From an uncultured virus (IMG/VR IMGVR_UViG_3300030336_000001) (Duplodnaviria > Heunggongvirae > Uroviricota > Caudoviricetes), in the IMG/VR virus record IMGVR_UViG_3300030336_000001: 64,000 bases of DNA; one strand, 5' to 3'. Below the pieces are notes generated by a model that was not told where the DNA came from, made no database searches, and worked only from the letters and a program-made list of their open reading frames with translations. Shown piece after piece: positions 9,676 through 19,998 of this stretch. Position numbers and translations under genes: made by a program. How positions within the stretch are numbered: position 1 is the first letter of the stretch; the number at the start of each line of letters is the position of its first letter.

Positions 9676-11265
9676 GTGTATGCCGCTCTTGTCGCCGCCG
9701 CAATATCCATCGCTCCAACACCGCAACCCTCCTCCCCGGCTTCCGCAGTAACAGCGGCGGCTGTGGACGTAGCCAGGATGGAGGTTGCGTTAATAAAGTC
9801 AGGCTTTAAGCCCAAGCAGATCAAGGAGGAGTTGAGGTTCTACCGATACCTGTGGTTCAACTCCAAGGCCGAACACTACGAGGATGACAACGTAGTAAAC
9901 GTGTTTGACCTGAACCTAAAGTCTGACCAGGGTGTGTTTGGATACCTTACCATAGTCTCACCCAACCTGGGCAGGATTGATCTAAGGGACTTTGGCTGGG
10001 ACAAGAGGCTGCTGGTGTGGGAGAAGTTCAGGGACATAGACTACATCTTCCATGTAAAGATACAGTTCCTTGAAGACACGGTTATCGAGGAGGTGTGGCC
10101 GGGTGGCGAGTACAAGGGTAAGGATTACGAATACGGTGTTTACAACAAGACGCACGCCAAGAAGGGCCAGATAATATCCGCACCGGCACCGTGGTTACCT
10201 GAGAAGGAGATAACCTACCTCCGGAAGACCCTGATAACGGAAGTGCCAATAGTCTCGGCCCACTGGAGGTTTGTACAGACAGCACGACAAATCTCCATAC
10301 GCAACAAGGATGAAGGCGTGGGCTACTACGAGTGGCTGGGCATCAAGAAGAGACAGGACTTCTTTGACCTGGCTGGTGTGAATGAGGACCGTGCGATCAA
10401 GAGGTTCAGGGAGTGGCGAGCCGTAGTCGAACGCTCTGGTATATCACAGCAGGGACGACAGATAGTCAGGCTGGGTGGTGACGACGCCGTGTGGGGTACA
10501 CTGGACGTGTTCAGCCAGGTGGGCAGGGGTCAGCCCAAGAAGAATCTGGAGCGTGGCCAGTTCTTGCATGACGCAGAAGAGTGGTATGGGTTCCTACCCA
10601 ACGGGTTGATGCTAACTCTGCTGGCGAACGCCCAGGGGTTGGCACAGGCGACGGCACCAGACCAGATCGGTCCGGACGACTCGACTCTAAGGGTCGGCAA
10701 GGACGCCAGGGTGCACGCCAACCTTTCCTGCATACGCTGTCATGGCTCTGATAAGGAGATGCTCAAGCCTATCAACGACTGGGTCAGGAAGATCTTCAGG
10801 GCTGGAGGGCCACTGGAGTTAGCCGATAAGAAGAAGGATGTCATCCAGCGTCTGAAGAACCAGTACTTAAGAGACCTTGACAAGCTACTGGCCAGAGACA
10901 GGCAACGCTACACCGAGGCTATTGCGGAAGTCACAACCACCAAGGCCAACCCCAAGGGCAAGACCAGTACAGAGATAGCCAAGCTCTATGGTGAGTACTG
11001 GAACAGGTACGTAGAAGAACCTGTGACCGTCGAGGTGGCAGCCAGGGAGTTAGGCACCTGGAGTTGGAAGTTGAAGGATGCTATCCGCAAGCACATGAAA
11101 ACCAGGGGTGTCACGGATTTGATACTCGCTGCTTTTGTAGACGAACCCTCGGGTAGTATAACCAGACTCGAATGGGAAGAGGTGTATGGCTTCACACAGA
11201 CTCTCATTCACGGCTTGACGGCTCTGCCTGAAATCGAGAAGAAGGAAGAAGCCAAACCGGATTGA
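9676..11265 (+). CDS. Exported protein with a c-type heme motif (planctomycete-type)
   Basis: Signal-like N-terminus; SCIRCH (CxxCH); LPNGL motif. Confidence 0.6.
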   Translation: MYAALVAAAISIAPTPQPSSPASAVTAAAVDVARMEVALIKSGFKPKQIKEELRFYRYLWFNSKAEHYEDDNVVNVFDLNLKSDQGVFGYLTIVSPNLGRIDLRDFGWDKRLLVWEKFRDIDYIFHVKIQFLEDTVIEEVWPGGEYKGKDYEYGVYNKTHAKKGQIISAPAPWLPEKEITYLRKTLITEVPIVSAHWRFVQTARQISIRNKDEGVGYYEWLGIKKRQDFFDLAGVNEDRAIKRFREWRAVVERSGISQQGRQIVRLGGDDAVWGTLDVFSQVGRGQPKKNLERGQFLHDAEEWYGFLPNGLMLTLLANAQGLAQATAPDQIGPDDSTLRVGKDARVHANLSCIRCHGSDKEMLKPINDWVRKIFRAGGPLELADKKKDVIQRLKNQYLRDLDKLLARDRQRYTEAIAEVTTTKANPKGKTSTEIAKLYGEYWNRYVEEPVTVEVAARELGTWSWKLKDAIRKHMKTRGVTDLILAAFVDEPSGSITRLEWEEVYGFTQTLIHGLTALPEIEKKEEAKPD

Positions 11266-11304
11266 CAACCAGGGTGTTCCTTTCCTCCAGAAGAAGGAGC
11301 AGTT

Positions 11305-12174
11305 ATGAAGTCTGTGATCGTCGGAATGATGGTGACACTGCTCGTCACCTCCCCAGTAATGGGCCAGTGTTACAGCAGCGGATACCGGTCGAGGGTGACA
11401 TACTCACCAAGCTACAGCTATCCGAGCTACAGCTACAGCACTTACTCCGCACCTGTGAAGTACGAGGTTGTGGAGAAGGTGGTGAAGAAGGAAGTACCGG
11501 CGTTCGTAACGTACCAGGCTGTCGTACCATACGCCTACGCTCTCCTGAATGTCTTCCCTAGCTACGGAGCACAAGCCGCTCCTGGCTACCAAGCCACCTA
11601 CCCGTCATACCCTAACCCCGGATCGGCTCAGCCTCCCAACCCCAACCCTGCCTCCAACCAACCCAACGGTCAGTCATCGGAGTTGAAGCAGGTTCTCGAT
11701 ATTCTCCAGACCATGAACAAGGATTTGAAGTCCATGGATGCTCGAGTCCGCTCTCTGGAGGATAGACTCAACGGTACGCCAAGGAGGGAAGAAACTCCCA
11801 GGCGGGAAGAGTTACCCAAAGAGTCTTCACCCACTCCCGAGAAAAAGGAGTTGAGTCTGAAGCAGGCCAACCAGCAGGGAGGGTGTTACCTCTGCCATGA
11901 CAAGGGTAACGAGGCTGTGGGTGGCGGGTTCGTACTGTTCGACAAGGATGAGATTGCCAGGCTGACGGTACGACAGATCGAGAAGCTGGTGCGGCACGTT
12001 GAGTTCTCTAGCATGCCGCCAAGCGATAAGCACCCAGACAAGGATGTTGTGGCGGTCGTGGTCAAGAACAAGCTGCAACCGCCCAGTGACGCAGTAGTCT
12101 TGGCCTGGAAGAAGGAAGCATTCCGCCAACTGGAGGAGCGGAAGAAGGAGAAGGTAGAGGCAGAGAAGAAGTAG
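11305..12174 (+). CDS. Exported protein with planctomycete cytochrome c-like C-terminal domain
   Basis: Signal peptide, Tyr/Ser-rich region, CYLCH plus distal SMPP (candidate Met ligand). Confidence 0.65.
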   Translation: MKSVIVGMMVTLLVTSPVMGQCYSSGYRSRVTYSPSYSYPSYSYSTYSAPVKYEVVEKVVKKEVPAFVTYQAVVPYAYALLNVFPSYGAQAAPGYQATYPSYPNPGSAQPPNPNPASNQPNGQSSELKQVLDILQTMNKDLKSMDARVRSLEDRLNGTPRREETPRREELPKESSPTPEKKELSLKQANQQGGCYLCHDKGNEAVGGGFVLFDKDEIARLTVRQIEKLVRHVEFSSMPPSDKHPDKDVVAVVVKNKLQPPSDAVVLAWKKEAFRQLEERKKEKVEAEKK

Positions 12175-12221
12175 GGGTCTGAACGGAGAATAGGCATCGC
12201 CCTCACCTGAAGGAGATAGTT

Positions 12222-12650
12222 ATGAAGAGTTCCGCAATCGCAGTAGTCGCTCTCTTGGGAATGGCCACCCTGGCTGAAGCCGGAGGCTATGACGTCGGAT
12301 CACAGTTCCAGGTACGATCCAGATTCCGAGCACCTGTGCGTCAGAGTCACGGATTCTCGGCAGGATTCCAATTCCAACGGGCACCTGTGTATGCACCGTC
12401 AGCACAGTTCGCGTTCCAGCGTGCACCGGTCTACGCACCGCCGGCACAGTTCTCCGTGCAGCAGTCTTACAGCTTCCAGCAACAGTTGTTTGACGCACCA
12501 CAGGTGTTCGCTCCCCGTGCCCCCCTGTACGTTCCTAGGGCACAGTACGCCCCGTCTTGTGGGGCTGGTGCTCAGTTCGACACCGGCGGAAGCTGTGCCC
12601 CTGTAGGTGCCGGGTTCCAGTTCCGAGCTAGGGGTAACTTCTACCGGTAA
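12222..12650 (+). CDS. Secreted low-complexity protein with FQRAPVYAP repeats
   Basis: Signal peptide ending AEA-G; strong AAGGAG SD. Confidence 0.55.
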   Translation: MKSSAIAVVALLGMATLAEAGGYDVGSQFQVRSRFRAPVRQSHGFSAGFQFQRAPVYAPSAQFAFQRAPVYAPPAQFSVQQSYSFQQQLFDAPQVFAPRAPLYVPRAQYAPSCGAGAQFDTGGSCAPVGAGFQFRARGNFYR

Positions 12651-12675
12651 GTTGACTTAGTCCGGGTAAGGGGGA

Positions 12676-13137
12676 ATGGAGTCCCCCTATCTTCTGGAGG
12701 GTAGTACAATGGCCAGGGTTAATGCAGATGAAGTTCAGACTCTACTGGAAACTGGTGGTGACTACGACAGCGAGAACGAGCCTGATCTGACACCCTTCAT
12801 CGACAGTGCCAACGCTCTGGTTAGCAGGGTGTCCACCTGTGCCTCACTTAAAGGGGAGAGCATAACAAGTACCGAACTGGCTCTGATTGAACTCTGGCTG
12901 GCGGCACACTTCTACTGTATAACTGACAGGACTTATGCAGAGAAGAAGACCCTGGACTCTTCAGCCAAGTTCCACGGCAAGACTGACAAGGGTCTGGATT
13001 TCACCCCATACGGCCAGACCGCCAAGGATATGGACCCAACGGGCTGCCTGGTTGAGATTACTTCCAGGAAGAAAGCCAGGGTACTATGGCTTGGTAGACC
13101 ACCTAGTGAGCAAACCGACTACCATCAAAGAGACTAG
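12676..13137 (+). CDS. Head-tail adaptor (likely start 12709)
   Basis: IELWLAAHF and TPYGQ motifs; synteny. Confidence 0.7.
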   Translation: MESPYLLEGSTMARVNADEVQTLLETGGDYDSENEPDLTPFIDSANALVSRVSTCASLKGESITSTELALIELWLAAHFYCITDRTYAEKKTLDSSAKFHGKTDKGLDFTPYGQTAKDMDPTGCLVEITSRKKARVLWLGRPPSEQTDYHQRD

Positions 13138-13168
13138 CCCTTAGAGTTTCACACTAGAGAGACTAATT

Positions 13169-13537
13169 ATGCCACACCAAGAATCTAGTCACCGTAACGA
13201 GAAGGCTCTGCTGTGGGAAGCCACTGGTGCGTTCGATAACTACGGTCAGCCGGTAGTTGGTGATGTAGAAGAGATTGACGTTAAGTGGCAATGGTCTAAA
13301 ATAGGGCCAAGGCAGCCGATGATAGGCACCAGAACGATTGACGCCATAGCTCACGTTGGACAGGCTATCAGGGAAGGTAGCCATATGGTACTGAGTGATG
13401 AGGAAGAATGGATGGCTGGTTCTGGTGTGAGTGACAACGATGTACTGGAAGTCGTTGCTTATCGAGAAGCTGCTGACGTGAAGAGTAGAGGCATCCGCAG
13501 ATTGGTAATGCTCGCCAAGTTTAAGGACAAGCCATGA
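13169..13537 (+). CDS. Head closure/stopper protein
   Basis: DNYGQP motif; neck synteny. Confidence 0.6.
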   Translation: MPHQESSHRNEKALLWEATGAFDNYGQPVVGDVEEIDVKWQWSKIGPRQPMIGTRTIDAIAHVGQAIREGSHMVLSDEEEWMAGSGVSDNDVLEVVAYREAADVKSRGIRRLVMLAKFKDKP

Positions 13538-13902
13538 TCAGAATGAAATACGTGATGAACATAAAGGAGTTGAAGAAGATACTCGCCATCAAACACACGA
13601 TGAGAGCCAAGCGAGCTACCGTTGCCGTCGGATACACTGCCAGGTATGCTGTATATCAGCATGAGAATCTTCAGTACAACCATACAGTAGGGGAAGCCAA
13701 GTTTCTGGAGAAGCCAGTCAGGATGGAAGCACACCGGTTAACTGACGAGTTCAGAACCAGACTGTTTGCTGGTGAGTCTCTGGTAACGGCTCTATTTAAG
13801 ACCGGTCTGTTGCTGAAGGAACTTAGCCTACCATTAGTACCAGTAGACACCGGGTTCCTCAGAGAGAGTGCATTCGTAGAAGTTGAGAAAGTGGAGCACT
13901 AA
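13534..13902 (+). CDS. Neck protein (HK97 gp10-like)
   Basis: VGYTARYAVYQHE, AKFLEKP and VPVDTGFLRES motifs. Confidence 0.65.
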   Translation: MIRMKYVMNIKELKKILAIKHTMRAKRATVAVGYTARYAVYQHENLQYNHTVGEAKFLEKPVRMEAHRLTDEFRTRLFAGESLVTALFKTGLLLKELSLPLVPVDTGFLRESAFVEVEKVEH

Positions 13903-13904
13903 CC

Positions 13905-14366
13905 ATGCCCGGACCATTGGCTCACTCCCCTGCTGACATCACGCGCAAGGCTATGGTGTTGCTTGGCCTCGGCACCATGCCCTCCCAGCAGGAGGAGTGG
14001 CCAATTTTTACAGCCCTAGAACCAGCCTCCCCAGACAACTGTGTAACTGTGTACGACACCACCGGCAGGCAGTCTGGCAGAACACATAACGACGGAGAGG
14101 TTCAGGAGCACCACGGTATACAGGTTAGAGTCAGGGCGAAGACACATAACGAGGGATGGAACAAGGCCAGGGCCATAGCACACACCCTAGATACAGGGGT
14201 GTACCAGAGATCTGTCTTGGTTGAGGAGTACGGGACGCCACAGGCTTACTTGATACACTCCTTTAGCAGGACTAGCGATGTCGCCGCGTTGGGTAGAGAG
14301 TCTCCAGAGTCTGACCGTAGGTTGTTCACGGTGAACTACCTAGTCTCGGTTAGGCAAGAGTCGTAA
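13905..14366 (+). CDS. Tail terminator (minor capsid-like family)
   Basis: PDNCVTVYDT and IQVRVRA motifs; precedes the tail tube gene. Confidence 0.65.
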   Translation: MPGPLAHSPADITRKAMVLLGLGTMPSQQEEWPIFTALEPASPDNCVTVYDTTGRQSGRTHNDGEVQEHHGIQVRVRAKTHNEGWNKARAIAHTLDTGVYQRSVLVEEYGTPQAYLIHSFSRTSDVAALGRESPESDRRLFTVNYLVSVRQES

Positions 14367-14378
14367 CGAGGAGTTGAC

Positions 14379-14852
14379 ATGCCAGCACCTAGCGCAACGG
14401 CACGCGGTACGCCAGCCGGTATAAAGATGGACGATGGTTACCAGACACTAATAACCTTCGCCCGTAACCCGGTCATCGCCTTCTGGGAGAAGTCGGTAAC
14501 ACCTCCTGGTATGGATGGTGGGGATGAGATTGATACTACCACCATGCACAACGTCAGGTTCAGGACGTTTGCTTCCAGAGCACTTATCACCCTGACGGAA
14601 GGAAGCGTCACGGCTGCCTGGGACCCAGACCTGTACGACGAGATTCTTCTCTTGCTGAACGAGAACGATGTCATCACCATCACCTTCCCGGACGGTAGTA
14701 CCCTGGCGTTCTGGGGCTTCTTGAAGAGCTTCGAGCCTGACGAGTTTGTCGAGGGAGAGCAGCCGACCGCAACCATTACATACGTCCCGACCAACCAGGA
14801 CAACACTGGTGTCGAGCGTGCCCCGGTTATGGTGGAAGTGGCTGGTACTTGA
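14379..14852 (+). CDS. Major tail tube protein
   Basis: IDTTT and ITITFPDGSTLAFWGF motifs; synteny. Confidence 0.8.
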   Translation: MPAPSATARGTPAGIKMDDGYQTLITFARNPVIAFWEKSVTPPGMDGGDEIDTTTMHNVRFRTFASRALITLTEGSVTAAWDPDLYDEILLLLNENDVITITFPDGSTLAFWGFLKSFEPDEFVEGEQPTATITYVPTNQDNTGVERAPVMVEVAGT

Positions 14853-14876
14853 TGAGTGCGGTTTAACCGCTATACT
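14849..14876 (+). promoter_or_regulatory. Possible sigma70-type promoter with palindromic spacer
   Basis: TTGATG-N16-TATACT; GCGGTTTAACCGC at 14858-14870. Confidence 0.4.
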
Positions 14877-14912
14877 ACTAACCGTCGCCCAACTGTTTTC
14901 AGGAGCTAGACA

Positions 14913-15452
14913 ATGGCGAAGAAGATGTCCAAGAATGTCATCAAGAATGATGACGGTCGCTACCGCATGGATTTCAGCGACCTGGAACCTATCGAGATTG
15001 GTTTCAACTACAAGGGAGTTGAGTACGTTCTGTGCGAGGCAGAAGAGTCTGTAGTGTGTGCCTACCGCAACGAGCTTGCCAGGTGTACCAGGATGGGGCC
15101 AAACGGTAAGCCTACCATCATTGGCAACTATGCGGATACCGAATCGTTCCTGGTTAGCCAGTGCGTGTTCCAGGTGGGTGAAGATGGTCACAAAGATCCC
15201 AAGAAACCTGTGACCCAGAAGACTATCAAGAGTTGGCCAGGTCGCATGGTAAGAGATCTGTATAATCAGGTCAGAACCATCAGCGGTCTTAACCCCGAAC
15301 AAACTCCAGACGAGGTTACTCAGATCATTCTGGATGAGAGCGAAGACCTACCTGAAGACTCACTTAGGGTATTGATCACCAAACTAAGAGAGCAGTTGGT
15401 ATCGCGATCTAAGAAGGATGAACCGGAAGAGGTAACAGCCGGGGGAAACTGA
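14913..15452 (+). CDS. Tail assembly chaperone (gpG-like)
   Basis: Between tail tube and tape measure; ends in a slippery site. Confidence 0.75.
   Translation: MAKKMSKNVIKNDDGRYRMDFSDLEPIEIGFNYKGVEYVLCEAEESVVCAYRNELARCTRMGPNGKPTIIGNYADTESFLVSQCVFQVGEDGHKDPKKPVTQKTIKSWPGRMVRDLYNQVRTISGLNPEQTPDEVTQIILDESEDLPEDSLRVLITKLREQLVSRSKKDEPEEVTAGGN
15443..15449 (+). other. -1 programmed ribosomal frameshift site G GGA AAC
   Basis: X XXY YYZ heptamer just before TGA; the -1 frame is open (CTG ATA AAG GCG AGT GAG GTG) into the 15467 ORF. Confidence 0.85.
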
Positions 15453-15466
15453 TAAAGGCGAGTGAG

Positions 15467-15835
15467 GTGTACGACGGTCACTTCACACTCGCCAAAGAGA
15501 ACGGCAAACTGCTACACGAAGTTATGGGCTGGCGAGGTAGCATGACGCACCGCCAGTTCATGGCATGGGCTGAGTGGAAAGATGAGCAGTGGAATACGAT
15601 GGAAAAGATGGATTACTACCTGGCCCAGATATCAGCAGTTATCCACCGTGCCAACCAGGGTAAGAAGCGTAAGAAGATCAAGATAACTGATTACAAGATA
15701 GAGTTCAAGAAGGCAGGGGCCAAGGCTCCTAGAGAGAGTATAGCCACCACGAAGGCTAGGTGGATAGGACGACTGGGTGGCAAGGAGAACATCGAGCACA
15801 GGCTAGTCTCTCCTCCAGAAGAAAGTAGGGAGTGA
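15467..15835 (+). CDS. Tail assembly chaperone gpGT C-terminal part (frameshift product)
   Basis: In the -1 frame of the upstream slippery site. Confidence 0.75.
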   Translation: MYDGHFTLAKENGKLLHEVMGWRGSMTHRQFMAWAEWKDEQWNTMEKMDYYLAQISAVIHRANQGKKRKKIKITDYKIEFKKAGAKAPRESIATTKARWIGRLGGKENIEHRLVSPPEESRE

Positions 15836-18234
15836 TGCCAAGCAGTACAAGTATGGGTGGCATAGTCATCCGAATCCGGGGTGACGCCAGTGGATACTTC
15901 GACGTTCTGAAGGACGTTGAGAATCAGACTATGGCGGTGGTAGCTGCCATGAACGCTGCTACCTCTGCCGCTACCGCTGCGGCTCTGTCGTTCGCCACCA
16001 ACGAGTTCCGCAAGTTCAACAAGGCTCTGACTGAATCTCTCTCTATCATGGGTCTTACGGCAGACGAGGAGAAGCAGATTGAGAAGGCTTCTCTTAGTCT
16101 TGGTAGGACTGCACTTCATGGTCCTACAGACTTGGCCAAGGCGTTTTACTTCATGGCTTCTGCTGGTATGGACGCACAGCAGTCTATTGCCGCCCTGCCT
16201 GCAATCGAGAAGTTTGCAACGGCAGGCAACTTCGACCTTGCCGCAGCCACAACGTACGCAGCAGACGCACAGGCTTCTATGGGTATGAAGTCTAAGAACG
16301 CTGCTACCAACATGAAGAGTCTGGTTCGTATCACAGACGTCTTGGTTAAGGCTGACACCCTGGCCAACGCCTCTGTGTTACAGTTCTCTCGCGCTCTGAC
16401 TAGACAGGCTGGTGGTGCTCTGAAAGCGTTCGGTAAGGATGTAGAAGAAGGTGTGGCCGTCCTGGCTGCTATGGCCGATCAGGGTGTGAAAGCACAACTG
16501 GCTGGTACTCACCTGTCTATGATCATCAGGCACTTGACCAAGAACGCCATCAAGAACGAGAACGCATTCAAAAGGTACGGAATCGCCGTATTCGACAATG
16601 CTGGTGAGATGCGTAACTTCGCAGACATCATTGAGGATATGGAGAATGCGTTCGGTCCGATGAACGACGAGCTAAGATCTGCCGCATTCCTGCAACTCGG
16701 ATTCGAGGCTAGGATGCAGCAATCTATCATGCCTCTGCTTGGCACCAGCGACGCTATCCGTCGGTACGAGAAGGAGTTGAGGAACGCTGGTGGTATGACT
16801 GAGAAGGTCGCCAACAAGCAGATGACCAGCTTCCACAACCAGTTACAGATTATCTGGAATAACGTGGTTGCGTTTGGCATCGACATAGGCAGAGAAGTAG
16901 TGCCGATAATGTTGGCTCTGGGTTTTACTCTGAAGTTCGCATTAGGGGTATGGGCCGACCTACCACCAGTTGTTAAGAAGACTACGGCTGCTGTATTGAT
17001 GGGTGTGGTAGCATTCACCACCTTCGCAGCAGTTGTGTTCACAGCCGGTATGATCTTCAACAAGATGTTCGGTGGTATAGGTATAATCCTGGGAGTTATC
17101 GTTACTGGTGTTGCCGCTATGGCAGGTGCCTTTGCAGGTATAGGCTACAGTGCTGCAGACAGCCTGGGTGTCTTTGACGACATGCAGAAGCAGTTCACAT
17201 CCTTCTGGAAGAGTACGGAACCTGTAAGGTTGGCATTAGTATCTCTGATTAGCCTGATTTGGGATATGGGTGGTGCTATACTGTCATCTCTCGGTAAAGA
17301 TGCTATGGGGGCTATCAAAGGTATAGCTGGTGTAACTCTAACCGTACAAGATGCTATGTTCATGCTGGCTGCCTCCATCAACGCCGTAGAGTTTGCTATA
17401 CTCCACATACGAGAGATATGGGACGTCCTAGCTACTTTCGTTCTGTTCAAGTTAGAAGAGGCTAAGAATGCGGTAATACACGTATTCACGGCAGTCATAC
17501 CAACCACTTTTAAGAACAGTATCAAGATCATGAAGCAACTCTGGGGTTCCCTATTTGACTGGGCACAGGGGTTCTTGACGACCTTCGCGGAGAACTTCAA
17601 GAACATCTTTAGTAATATCGGTGATATCATCACTGGGAAGAAGAAGATAGGTGATCTACTCCAGCAGGCACCGAAGTTCCAGTGGAACATCAGAGACCTT
17701 GATCCTATACCCGAAAGGGAGATGGGAGAATTAGAGAAGAAACTCCATGATCAGTTCATGGGTATGGCAGAGGACTTGAACGACGACCTTAACAAGTTCC
17801 TCGGGATGAAGATTGATATGCAGTTTGCCAAGAATACTCTACCACACCTTGACGACGCCAACGACAAGACAAAAGAGTGGCGAGACAACATGGCTGATGT
17901 TGTTAAGGAAACTCAGCGATTTGACGCTGCTCTTACTGGTAGTGCAGAGGCTTTCACTCGGATCATGGAGTTCAGTGACCGGCTTAAGTTTGATGCGATT
18001 GCAAAGGAAACCAGAGATCGTACCAAGGTCCAAAGGGCTGGCAACCTTCCAGCACACATACCGGCACTCGGACCCATAGGTGGTGCCAAGAAAGTAGCCC
18101 TGGAACCCAACGCTGGGATGGGTGGTGGATTAGAGGGTAACAACATAGCCGGACTACTGGCTAGAATTGCCCAGGCAACAGAGGAGCAGGCACGACGACC
18201 CGGTCTTCGTCTCGATGCTGCCGGTCTGACATAA
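15832..18234 (+). CDS. Tape measure protein (TP901-like core)
   Basis: 800 aa, Ala-rich and helical with central hydrophobic segments; follows the chaperones. Confidence 0.9.
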   Translation: MMPSSTSMGGIVIRIRGDASGYFDVLKDVENQTMAVVAAMNAATSAATAAALSFATNEFRKFNKALTESLSIMGLTADEEKQIEKASLSLGRTALHGPTDLAKAFYFMASAGMDAQQSIAALPAIEKFATAGNFDLAAATTYAADAQASMGMKSKNAATNMKSLVRITDVLVKADTLANASVLQFSRALTRQAGGALKAFGKDVEEGVAVLAAMADQGVKAQLAGTHLSMIIRHLTKNAIKNENAFKRYGIAVFDNAGEMRNFADIIEDMENAFGPMNDELRSAAFLQLGFEARMQQSIMPLLGTSDAIRRYEKELRNAGGMTEKVANKQMTSFHNQLQIIWNNVVAFGIDIGREVVPIMLALGFTLKFALGVWADLPPVVKKTTAAVLMGVVAFTTFAAVVFTAGMIFNKMFGGIGIILGVIVTGVAAMAGAFAGIGYSAADSLGVFDDMQKQFTSFWKSTEPVRLALVSLISLIWDMGGAILSSLGKDAMGAIKGIAGVTLTVQDAMFMLAASINAVEFAILHIREIWDVLATFVLFKLEEAKNAVIHVFTAVIPTTFKNSIKIMKQLWGSLFDWAQGFLTTFAENFKNIFSNIGDIITGKKKIGDLLQQAPKFQWNIRDLDPIPEREMGELEKKLHDQFMGMAEDLNDDLNKFLGMKIDMQFAKNTLPHLDDANDKTKEWRDNMADVVKETQRFDAALTGSAEAFTRIMEFSDRLKFDAIAKETRDRTKVQRAGNLPAHIPALGPIGGAKKVALEPNAGMGGGLEGNNIAGLLARIAQATEEQARRPGLRLDAAGLT

Positions 18235-18245
18235 GGAGGATATTC

Positions 18246-19529
18246 ATGGCAACCTTCCTGCTAGACGGACAAAGAACTTGGAGTGGTGTAAGAGACGATG
18301 AAGGTCATCGAACCTGGAGTATAACCTTCTTGGTGAAAGGCTCCAGGCTTGACGGTCCAGCCAACGCCTTGAATACTCCTGGGTTACCACTACCGGGTAC
18401 GCTGTGGGCTTTCGACAACGATACAGACTTCTATGCCTGGTGCAGACCGAACGCTACGGTTACTCCATTACTAGACAATGAACCTAATAACTACTTTGAA
18501 GTGGAGATGGAATTCTCCACCAAGCCGCCCGAGCGTAACAAGCAAAGGTGCAACGACGTTCAGATAGAAGACCCTATCCTGGAGCCACCGAAGATTAGCG
18601 GCTCTTTCACTCGGTACACAGAAGAAGCAACGCACGACGTTAATGGCAGACCAGTAGTTAACTCCGCATTTGAGCAAATGCGAGGGCCACACGTAGAGTT
18701 TGACAAATCCAGACCGGCTGTCAAGATCGAGCAGAACCTTATCAACATGCAGTACACAGTGTGTGCTTCCATGATGGACTGCGTGAACGATCGGACACTA
18801 TGGGGTTTGCCACCGAGGACCATCAAGCTGTCGCAGTTTAGTTGGGACCGTAAGTACCACGGTTTCTGCTACAAGTACTATACCCGTACCCTTGAGTTCG
18901 AGGTTAATTACAACACCTGGGATAGATCTCTACTAGACGAGGGTACCAAGGTTCTGAAGGGCGAATGGAATTTCAACACTGGTGCGTGGGAACTAAAGAA
19001 CATCAACGGTGCGCCACCAGATCCATTCAACCCCACACACTTCATCCGCTACAAGGATCAGAACGGCGAGAACACTCGAGTAGTCTTGAACGGCAGGGGA
19101 TTACCTGCCCTTACCAACATTGGCACAGGTAAGAGGTATATCTGTATCTCTAATGGAACCATAGGTATACCACTGTCAAATTCTAGCAAGTGGATTCCTA
19201 TCTTCCAGGAAGATCTGACGTTCATCATTGACTGGGTATTCTCGACAACCGTGTACCACAGGGGTTGGTTGGTAGCATACGACGGTGCATACTACGTGGC
19301 TCATAAAGACGCTCCTGGTCAGGTAGAGCCACCAGACGAGTTGGGCACTCCCTACTGGACTCCACTAATAAACGACATTGTAGACACGGGTAACTTCAAC
19401 TTGGGTACAACGTATCAGAGGGGACAGGTGGTAACAGATCTTAGTGGCGAGACTGGTGCAGGTTCTATCATCGTCAGGAAGTATCCGGGTGTCAACTTCC
19501 TCCTCCTAGGGATACCAGCAGTACTGTAA
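18246..19529 (+). CDS. Tail tip/baseplate protein
   Basis: First gene after the tape measure; beta-rich. Confidence 0.55.
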   Translation: MATFLLDGQRTWSGVRDDEGHRTWSITFLVKGSRLDGPANALNTPGLPLPGTLWAFDNDTDFYAWCRPNATVTPLLDNEPNNYFEVEMEFSTKPPERNKQRCNDVQIEDPILEPPKISGSFTRYTEEATHDVNGRPVVNSAFEQMRGPHVEFDKSRPAVKIEQNLINMQYTVCASMMDCVNDRTLWGLPPRTIKLSQFSWDRKYHGFCYKYYTRTLEFEVNYNTWDRSLLDEGTKVLKGEWNFNTGAWELKNINGAPPDPFNPTHFIRYKDQNGENTRVVLNGRGLPALTNIGTGKRYICISNGTIGIPLSNSSKWIPIFQEDLTFIIDWVFSTTVYHRGWLVAYDGAYYVAHKDAPGQVEPPDELGTPYWTPLINDIVDTGNFNLGTTYQRGQVVTDLSGETGAGSIIVRKYPGVNFLLLGIPAVL

Positions 19530-19539
19530 GGAGCTAGTC

Positions 19540-19965
19540 ATGGCTAACGAGATATCCATTCGATCCCAGCTAACCGTACGCAAGGGCTACATAGACTACC
19601 GGTCTAATCCGGTAGCGTTCGAGGCGGATATGGCTGGTGCCAAGGGTCCGACTCCAGGTGCCATAGCTGTCAGCACTGACGGAGTTGATGTGGACCTGTC
19701 GGAACTAACCACGCCCGGTGTTGCCAGGTTCATGAACATAGACGATACAAACTTCGTCGAGTATGGTATATTTGATCCAGAGACTAACGTGTTCTATCCG
19801 TTCGGCAAGATACTGCCGGGTGAAACCTACGTGGTTCGACTGTCCAGTAACTTCGGTGAGCAGTACGCTGGTACTGGTACTGGTACAACGGCAGCCACCA
19901 ATACGTTGAGATTCAAGGCCAACACTGCCAGTGTGAACGTGGTAGTAGAGGTATTCGAGGAGTAA
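19540..19965 (+). CDS. Putative tail-associated structural protein
   Basis: Synteny; beta-rich; GTGTGT motif. Confidence 0.45.
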   Translation: MANEISIRSQLTVRKGYIDYRSNPVAFEADMAGAKGPTPGAIAVSTDGVDVDLSELTTPGVARFMNIDDTNFVEYGIFDPETNVFYPFGKILPGETYVVRLSSNFGEQYAGTGTGTTAATNTLRFKANTASVNVVVEVFEE

Positions 19966-19998
19966 GGTGTCGAAGACTTCTTTAATAAGGAGTGAGTC

